NCBI GenBank assembly: GCA_965249275.1
Contig: CBDFLQ010000005.1
Span: 448,001-512,000, forward strand
Reading direction: 5' to 3'
Source of the DNA: Dehalococcoidia bacterium
Lineage (GTDB): Bacteria > Chloroflexota > Dehalococcoidia > Plut-88900
Length of the DNA: 64,000 nt
A model generated the notes under the pieces. The model saw only the letters and a list, made by a program, of their open reading frames with translations. It searched no databases and was not told where the DNA came from. Of this stretch, positions 57,360-64,000 are shown piece after piece (positions within the stretch are counted from its first letter, which is position 1; each line of letters begins with the position of its first letter). Made by a program: the position numbers and the translations under genes.

Positions 57360-58163
57360 TTAGCGCCGCAGGGTTCGGCCACGGAGGGCGAGGAGGGCGA
57401 GGGTCATGCTGACAGCGCCAACACCGAAGACGGCAGCCAGGCCCTTGAGCAGGGCCTCGGGGTCCCAGCCGACCATGAGCAGGGATCGCAGAGCTTCGAG
57501 GAGGTAAGTGACGGGGTTGAAGGCCGCGATTGCTGCGAGCCAGCCAGTCATGGCCTCCCTGGGGAGGAATGTTGTGGTCAGGAAGGCGAATGGGAAGAAC
57601 AGGAGGAAGGAGGTGTTGACCGCGGCGGGATTGCCGGTCTTGAAGGCTATGGCGTAGGGGAAGCCAGTGTAGACGAGACCCCAGGCGCCCGAAATCAGTA
57701 CGAAGATTATTACCCCAAGCACGCCGCTTTCAAAGCGGACGCCTACGGCGAAACCGAGGACGATGACGGGGATGGTGAGCGCGACGACAAGGGCGAAATC
57801 GGCGACCATGAGGCCGAAGAGCATGGCAAGCCGATTGACGGGGGTCAGGGAGAGGCGGTCGAAATAACCGGACTGGATATCGATGACTAGGGTGACGGCG
57901 CGTGAAACTCCGGTAACGGCGAATATGATTGCTACGGGGAGTTGGAAGGCCTTGTAGTCGAGGCCGGGTAGGGTCTCGGCGAGGTCCTGGAGGGCGCCTA
58001 CGTTAGCGACGAAGAAGAAGACGGGGATAATGAGTGCGGGGATAACGCTCTCGGGGTCGCGTTTGGTGGAACGGAGGGCACGTCGGGCGACGGCGGCGAC
58101 TTCGTTGATGAATCCGGCTTTCCGGGCTCGGATTTGGGTGCTTTCGTCGACTAACGTGGCCAT
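57360..58163 (-). CDS. ABC-2 type permease (DrrB-like)
   Basis: Six TM segments, DIQSGYFDRLSLTP, FNPVTY; start uncertain (58163 or 58226). Confidence 0.88.
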   Translation of the reverse strand: MATLVDESTQIRARKAGFINEVAAVARRALRSTKRDPESVIPALIIPVFFFVANVGALQDLAETLPGLDYKAFQLPVAIIFAVTGVSRAVTLVIDIQSGYFDRLSLTPVNRLAMLFGLMVADFALVVALTIPVIVLGFAVGVRFESGVLGVIIFVLISGAWGLVYTGFPYAIAFKTGNPAAVNTSFLLFFPFAFLTTTFLPREAMTGWLAAIAAFNPVTYLLEALRSLLMVGWDPEALLKGLAAVFGVGAVSMTLALLALRGRTLRR

Positions 58164-58179
58164 ATGTCTGATCTCACTG

Positions 58180-59160
58180 TCACTCTCTTCCATCAAGGGA
58201 GAGGGGATTGGAAGGGGACTCATCATCTAGGCGGGCGCCGGTGGCCTGGAGGAATACGTCGTCTAGAGTGGGGGTGCGCAGGGTTAACTCCTTGATTCGG
58301 GCCCCGGACTGGCTGAGGGCGAGGGCTACGTCGCCCATGGCCGCTACGCCATTTGTCACACCAATGGTGAGGGCATTTTCGTAAATTTCGACTTGCTCCA
58401 CCTGCTCGACTGAAGAGAGGGACCGGGCTGCGGCTTGGGAGTCGCCTTTGATGGTTGCGACGATGATGTCGGCGCCGATGCTGCGCTTGAGCTCGGCGGG
58501 GGTGCCCTCGGCGACGAGTTTGCCGAGGTTGATGATGCCCACGCGGTCAGCCAGACTGTCGGCTTCTTCAAGATAGTGGGTCGTGAGGAAAATGGTGACG
58601 CCGAGGTCAGCGTTGACGCGTCGGACTTCTTCCCAGACGCGGGCTCGGCTGACGGGGTCGAGGCCGGTGGTGGGCTCGTCGAGGAAGAGGACTCTGGGGT
58701 TGTGGACGAGGGCGGTGGCGAGGTCGAGCCTGCGCTTCATGCCGCCGGAGTAGGTGCCTATGAGCCGGTCTATGGCGGGGCCGATGTCCATGAGGGGCTC
58801 GAGGGACTTTATGCGCATGTCGATTTGCTTGCCGGATAGGCCGTAGAGACGGCCCTGGAGCTTTATGAGTTCTCGGCCGGTCTGCTTGTTGTCGAGGGAG
58901 GCGTCCTGGAGGGCTGCACCTATGTGAAGGCGGACCTGCATGGAGTCGGAGACGATGTCATAACCGGCGACGGTGGCTCGGCCCCCGGTGGGCATGAGGA
59001 GGGTGGTCAGCATCCTGACGAGGGTTGTCTTGCCCGCGCCATTGGGGCCGAGGAATGCGTAGATCTCGCCTTCGGAGACGGAGAGGTCAATGCCGTCGAC
59101 GGCGCGGACGCCGGAGAAGTCGCGGGAGAGGGAGTCGGTGTGGATGGCGTGCTGTTGCAT
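58180..59160 (-). CDS. ABC transporter ATP-binding protein (DrrA-like)
   Basis: GPNGAGKT, YSGGM, FLDEPTTGLD, TTHY. Confidence 0.93.
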   Translation of the reverse strand: MQQHAIHTDSLSRDFSGVRAVDGIDLSVSEGEIYAFLGPNGAGKTTLVRMLTTLLMPTGGRATVAGYDIVSDSMQVRLHIGAALQDASLDNKQTGRELIKLQGRLYGLSGKQIDMRIKSLEPLMDIGPAIDRLIGTYSGGMKRRLDLATALVHNPRVLFLDEPTTGLDPVSRARVWEEVRRVNADLGVTIFLTTHYLEEADSLADRVGIINLGKLVAEGTPAELKRSIGADIIVATIKGDSQAAARSLSSVEQVEQVEIYENALTIGVTNGVAAMGDVALALSQSGARIKELTLRTPTLDDVFLQATGARLDDESPSNPLSLDGRE

Positions 59161-59643
59161 GGCGCGTTCGTATCAGTTGTAAAGACGGTAGATTTTAGAA
59201 CGGAAAGAGGGGGAAGGGTAGGGGGGAGGATCATCCTCACCCTAGTCCCCTGTCGTTGGAGAGAGAGGGGGCGGGACTCCTCCCCTTCACTTATCAGGGA
59301 TGAATCGGTTCCCACCCACCCGTCCTGTTTTATTGATTTATCAGCCATGTTGCTTTGCAATATGGCTGATAAATCTTTACTAATTGGAGGGGAGATTGGG
59401 CTTGTTGCGCGGAGGCGATGTATGTGAGTGGGAGGCTTACGCTTTAGATCCCTCGTGGGACCTCGGGATGACAGTATGCAAAGGTCACGTTTCAGCGCAT
59501 CTGCGACTCATTTAGGGTAGAGGGGACAGGAGCCTCGGCCCAGCTCGACCCCTGGATTCCGGTTAGGGGGGAGTGGGGGGTGAGTAGCGTGCTGGGCGGG
59601 AGGGCGATTAGCCAATCGCCCCTACGGGAGGGGACGCCGCCCC

Positions 59644-59752
59644 ATTCCGTTCTTGAGACCCTCTTCGAGAGCCTCAGGGCAGGCTTAGACTCCGCTTACG
59701 CCACGGCCGCGCGCCAGAGGCGCAGTTCTAGCATATCCGACGAGGTGAGCGG
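59644..59752 (+). repeat. Expanded REP with nested modules
   Basis: Same module order as 40832-40943. Confidence 0.7.
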
Positions 59753-59868
59753 CCCCGCGGGACCCCTGGATTCCGGCTCTCGGCAGCCGGAATGACGGAC
59801 GGTGGGGTGGGGGTCGGGAATGACGGGATGGGATGGATTCCCGATCTGGGGTGGGGACGCGGTGGGGG

Positions 59869-61362
59869 TTAGGGGTAGAAGAGTTTTTGGGCGGCGGCCT
59901 GGAGTTCGGAGCGGAAGTCTGGGTGGGCGATGTTTATTAGCTCCTGGGCGCGCTCACGGATGGACTTGCCGAGGAGGCGGGCGACTCCGAACTCGGTGAT
60001 GATGATGTCGGCGAAGGTGCGGGGGATGGTAACTACTGCTCCTTCGTCATGGTTGGCGACAATGCGGGACACGGCTCCGCCAACGGCCCGGGAACGCAGG
60101 AGGGTGATGGCCCTGCCGCCCTCCGAGAGGACGGCTCCGATGTGGAACTCCGGTTGGCCTCCTGTGCCGTTGTAGAGCCGAGAGCCGAATACGGTCTCCG
60201 AGTTTATCTGGCCCGTCAGGTCAATGGACAAAGCGTTGTTGATGGAGGTCATGTTCTCGTGGGCGGAGATGGTGCGAGATATGTTGAGGACCTGTATCGA
60301 GTCGTGGAGCTCGATAAGGGGGTTGTCGGCGGCCCAGGCTATTTCGTCGGCCTTGCAGCCGTCCATGCCGGTGAAGATGGCCTTGCCTCGGTTGATGGTC
60401 TTGCGGTTACCGGTGATAACCCCCTTTCTAATGAGGTCGATGACGCCGGGGGCGCCCATTTCCGAGTGCCACCCGAGGTCCTTTTTGGAGTCGAAGACAC
60501 CTAGCTGGGGCATGTAGGCGCTGGGAGTGCCGATGCCGATCTGGATTGTGTCGCCGTCGCGGATGATTTCGGAGAGGTGTTCGGCGATACGGCGGACGTC
60601 CTCGGCGGGGCGGTCGAGGCCCCTGGCCCGGCCGAACTCCCTAATCTGGTCGGCCCGTCGATTAACAAGCATGGGGAGCACTTCGGCGAGGCGTTCTTTG
60701 GGGATAGCGCCGGCGATGTTCCTGAGCTCTGCCTTGGCCTCTTCGTCTACGGCCTGGTCTATGAGGGAATCGGTCTCCTCGGGGGAAAGGATGGGTGGGG
60801 TGTAGTCGACAAGGTGGTCGATTTCGGAGACGTGGATGTAATTCTGGCCATAGGTGCGGATGGCGCTTTCGTTGACCTGGGCTACGACGGTGCGGGCGTA
60901 TTTGGCGGACTGGCGTTTGCCCCAGAGGTCGGAGCCGAAGCTGCAGAAACCGTTTCTATCGGGGGGCGAGACTACGGTTAAGAGGACGTCCAGTCCCTTC
61001 GACTCGGCGGGGCGTTCCTTGAATGGTTTGATGAGGAGCGAGAAAGGGGACGGCAGATAGTCGATGCGGCGCTCGTCGAGGGCGGGACGGGCCACGGGGC
61101 CGAGGAAGGTCTCGGGGATGGGGAGGAAGGAGTCCTGCCAACCGGGCTGGAACCAGCCGGGATCAAAGGCGGGGGAGACGCCGCGTATGACCACACCGGA
61201 GAGCTCGTCTTTGCGGGCGGCGAGGGCGTTGAGGAGGGGGCGGGGCGGGGGGTGTCGGGTGACCAGGACTACGTTACCGGACTGGACGTATCGGGCAGCC
61301 TCATCGGCGTCCACCAGCTTGTCTGCGTACGCTCGGCGCCAGTCGAAAGGAGTTGCTGTCAT
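59869..61362 (-). CDS. Acetyl-CoA hydrolase/transferase (4-hydroxybutyrate CoA-transferase-like)
   Basis: SPPDRNGFCSFG, TIQIGIG, HSEM catalytic Glu, GTGGQ, IAHPDFR. Confidence 0.9.
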   Translation of the reverse strand: MTATPFDWRRAYADKLVDADEAARYVQSGNVVLVTRHPPPRPLLNALAARKDELSGVVIRGVSPAFDPGWFQPGWQDSFLPIPETFLGPVARPALDERRIDYLPSPFSLLIKPFKERPAESKGLDVLLTVVSPPDRNGFCSFGSDLWGKRQSAKYARTVVAQVNESAIRTYGQNYIHVSEIDHLVDYTPPILSPEETDSLIDQAVDEEAKAELRNIAGAIPKERLAEVLPMLVNRRADQIREFGRARGLDRPAEDVRRIAEHLSEIIRDGDTIQIGIGTPSAYMPQLGVFDSKKDLGWHSEMGAPGVIDLIRKGVITGNRKTINRGKAIFTGMDGCKADEIAWAADNPLIELHDSIQVLNISRTISAHENMTSINNALSIDLTGQINSETVFGSRLYNGTGGQPEFHIGAVLSEGGRAITLLRSRAVGGAVSRIVANHDEGAVVTIPRTFADIIITEFGVARLLGKSIRERAQELINIAHPDFRSELQAAAQKLFYP

Positions 61363-61377
61363 GCTGCAATAGCGGCC

Positions 61378-61755
61378 TTATTCAGGGTAAGAGATGAGTT
61401 CGAGGAGGTTGTCGTCAGGATCGAGGAAATAAAAACATTGGTGGTCACCCCAGTCGACGGGGCCGTGGACGGGGATGCCCTCGGCGGGGAAGCGAGCCTG
61501 GGCCTGGGCGAAATCAGTCTCGCTGACGCGGAAGGCCCAGTGGCCGCGGCCTCGGGGTTCGGTGAGTTCTCGGGTGGCGGGTGGAAGGTCCGAACGTTCG
61601 AAGAGGGCGAGGTCGTTGTCGCCACACTTCATAACAGACATGTGTCCAAATCGAGCATGAAGCTCCATGCCCAGGGTCTGGGCATAGAAGTCGAGGCTGC
61701 GCTCCATATCGCTGACCTCTATTCCGAAGTGGTCGAGTCCCTTTAGTTTGAGCAT
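61378..61755 (-). CDS. VOC/glyoxalase family protein
   Basis: LDHFGIEVSD, HWAF, YFLDPDDNLLE. Confidence 0.88.
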   Translation of the reverse strand: MLKLKGLDHFGIEVSDMERSLDFYAQTLGMELHARFGHMSVMKCGDNDLALFERSDLPPATRELTEPRGRGHWAFRVSETDFAQAQARFPAEGIPVHGPVDWGDHQCFYFLDPDDNLLELISYPE

Positions 61756-61873
61756 GATTTCCTCCGCCTAAGCTCCGGGGCGCAGATAATACGGGGTTGA
61801 CAAAAGGGTGGGGGGTAGTTATATGGATAGCCGCAACAGCCGTCAAGGATACTTGCCGAGGGATGGAAGGGCA

Positions 61874-62608
61874 ATGGCCGAAGAGATTACGACTTCAACA
61901 ATCTCATATGAGGCGGGTGGGGAAGAGGTGACGGGATACCTGGCTCGGCCTGCCTCCGGGGAGCCTCATCCCGGGATGATAGTTATACAGGAGTGGTGGG
62001 GCGTGGATGGGCATATCAAGGACCTCGTGGAGAGATTTGCACGGGAGGGTTACGCAGCGCTGGCCCCCGACCTGTACACGTATGCCGGGCATCGGGTGAC
62101 CAAGGATGCCGACGAGGCGGCCAAGCTGGCCGAAGAGCTGCGTTACGACACGGCGATGGGCTATTTGAGGGGAGGGGTGGAATATTTGAAGGCGACCGGG
62201 GTTGCGGCGGACAGGATAGGGGCGGTGGGCTACTGCCTGGGCGGGAGCTATGCGTTGTTGATGTCGTGCCAGGACACGGGCATCGGGGCGGCGGCGGCGT
62301 ATTACGGCCAGATCGTGAATGAAGAGCCGACGGAGGAGAACCCAGTCAATCCGATAGATATGGTGCCCCAGATGTCATGCCCGCTTCTTTTCGTCCACGC
62401 AGGACTGGATGAATGGATTACCTTAGACCACGCAGACAGGCTGCGGGAGGCAATGGCGTCGGCGGGCAAGGAGGGAGAGGTGAAGTCCTACCCGAACGCC
62501 CAGCACGCGTTCTTCAATGACACCCAGCCAGACATCTACAACGAGGATGACGCCGAGGACGCCTGGGAACGCACCTTGAAGTTCTTCGGGAAGCACCTGG
62601 CGGCTTGA
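61874..62608 (+). CDS. Dienelactone hydrolase family protein
   Basis: IQEWWG, APDLY, GYCLGG, HAFFN. Confidence 0.9.
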   Translation: MAEEITTSTISYEAGGEEVTGYLARPASGEPHPGMIVIQEWWGVDGHIKDLVERFAREGYAALAPDLYTYAGHRVTKDADEAAKLAEELRYDTAMGYLRGGVEYLKATGVAADRIGAVGYCLGGSYALLMSCQDTGIGAAAAYYGQIVNEEPTEENPVNPIDMVPQMSCPLLFVHAGLDEWITLDHADRLREAMASAGKEGEVKSYPNAQHAFFNDTQPDIYNEDDAEDAWERTLKFFGKHLAA

Positions 62609-62723
62609 CGGGGCTCGGGGTTAAGCTTTAGTCTGCCGCTTCGTTGAAAGGACTGGGTTTGAGGCCAAACAACGTTCGTCTTGTCATCTACGACGCCCCA
62701 TGCGATAATTAGCGTTCGAGTCT

Positions 62724-63077
62724 ATGCGTAGAATACTAGATGTAGTAAAGAATTTCAGGCTGGTCTGGCGTCTCTTCTGGGACCAGCGCGTACCTTTGAT
62801 ATTGAAGCTGGCCATGCCCATGTCACTGGGCTATCTGGCCCTCCCCTTCGATCTCCTCAAAGACGTTATCCCCGTGGTAGGGCGTTTCGACGACCTTCTC
62901 ATCCTTGCAATTGCCTCCCTAATCTTCGTACGGCTAGCGCCGCCGCAGGTTGTGCGCGAGCATCGGGAGTCGATTTGGGGCTCGGGGCTGAAGGAAGGCG
63001 ACAAGGTCACCGAAGGCGAATACCGGATTCTGAATGACGACGACAGCGATCAAGGCCCGGCTCGAAAAGGGCGCTGA
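62724..63077 (+). CDS. YkvA/DUF1232 family membrane protein
   Basis: DQRVP..LK...YLALPFDLLKDVIPVVGRFDD; TTGTCA-17 bp-GATAAT upstream. Confidence 0.85.
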   Translation: MRRILDVVKNFRLVWRLFWDQRVPLILKLAMPMSLGYLALPFDLLKDVIPVVGRFDDLLILAIASLIFVRLAPPQVVREHRESIWGSGLKEGDKVTEGEYRILNDDDSDQGPARKGR

Positions 63078-63143
63078 TAGCGCCATATTTCAAGGCAACA
63101 ACCAATCTAGCTCGGAAGCAACCAAGAACCAGGAGAATAGGAT

Positions 63144-64000
63144 ATGGCCCGACGACCAGGCGGGGGGGGCGATTTTGACCGGATGCTCGATGCCTTCGGC
63201 CCCGCTGCCCGCAACATAAGCAGGCGCTTCAGAGGCCTGGGCTTGATAATGGCACTGTTAGTGATCGGCCTGATACTCGTTATCTGGCTGGGCACGGGCA
63301 TTTATCAGGTCGACACCGGACAGCTAGGAGTAGTCAGGCGGTTTGGCCAGGAAGTAGGCCAGACGAACCCGGGACTACATTGGCACTGGCCCTCGCCGAT
63401 TGAGCGAGTGGATAAAGTGAGAGTTGAAGAGATCAGACGGCTCGAGGTTGGATTCCGGGTAGTGGACCCCGGGCCTCCTGCCACCATCACTCCCTTCCCT
63501 GTCGAATCCCTGATGCTCACGGGTGACGAGAACCTGGTGGACGTGAAGATGGCCATCCAGGCCCGTATTAACCCCGGGTCGGTCGGGAACACACAGTTGG
63601 AAGTGGATAATCTGGTTCCGCGGCGAGACAGGGGGGCCTCGGCGTTCCTGTTCAATGTATTCGACCCCAACGGGTCGCCGGACCAGGTGACATTGAGAGA
63701 CGCTGCAGAGACCGCCCTGCGCCAGGTAGTTGGTGAGGGGTCTCTGGACGATGTACTTACCGAAGAGCGAAGCGTGATCGAAGACCAGGTCAAGGGCATC
63801 CTTACCGACCTCATGGTCCTGTACGGCACGGGGTTGGAGATTGTCCGGGTGCAGATACAATCGGTGGATCCGCCCACCCAAGTACAGGCCGCCTTCGACG
63901 ACGTGGTGGCAGCCAGAGAGGACCGGGTACGGCTCATAAACCAGGCGGAAGCCTACAGGAACGATATTGTCCCCAAGGCCCGTGGTGAAGCCGAGCAGAT
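63144..64000 (+). CDS. hflK: FtsH protease modulator HflK (runs off the window end; not in the ORF track)
   Basis: TM helix, then GIYQV...GVVRRFG...PGLHWHWPSPIE...LMLTGDENLVDV...VDPPTQVQAAFDDV...NQAEAY. Confidence 0.88.
   Translation, partial: MARRPGGGGDFDRMLDAFGPAARNISRRFRGLGLIMALLVIGLILVIWLGTGIYQVDTGQLGVVRRFGQEVGQTNPGLHWHWPSPIERVDKVRVEEIRRLEVGFRVVDPGPPATITPFPVESLMLTGDENLVDVKMAIQARINPGSVGNTQLEVDNLVPRRDRGASAFLFNVFDPNGSPDQVTLRDAAETALRQVVGEGSLDDVLTEERSVIEDQVKGILTDLMVLYGTGLEIVRVQIQSVDPPTQVQAAFDDVVAAREDRVRLINQAEAYRNDIVPKARGEAEQ

Overview
A GC-rich bacterial chromosomal window, most consistent with Chloroflexota (Dehalococcoidia/SAR202-like). This is inferred from the gene repertoire: expanded amidohydrolase, LLM and M24 paralogs, gatC-gatA without gatB, and GAAC-N4-GTwC boxes. 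Housekeeping genes (trxB, rpiB, pheS, pheT, pcrA, gatCA, hflK) are interspersed with tandem paralog arrays and small, more AT-rich defence/TA-like islets. Main observations: (1) two tandem BCP/peroxiredoxin genes missed by the ORF track, both with an in-frame UGA exactly at the peroxidatic codon 45, so probably selenoproteins; (2) pheS and pheT are split by about 9.3 kb containing five co-oriented amidohydrolase paralogs and an XRE-IrrE/DUF4411 cassette; (3) a nested system of intergenic palindromic repeats that grows in quantised 21-23 nt modules and is carried inside IS5-like MITEs; (4) decayed loci behind LexA-like boxes, including a terminase relic; (5) a C-rich to G-rich strand-skew switch near 34-36.6 kb. 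No rRNA, tRNA or CRISPR array was recognised. All family assignments come from motif recognition by eye, not from database searches.
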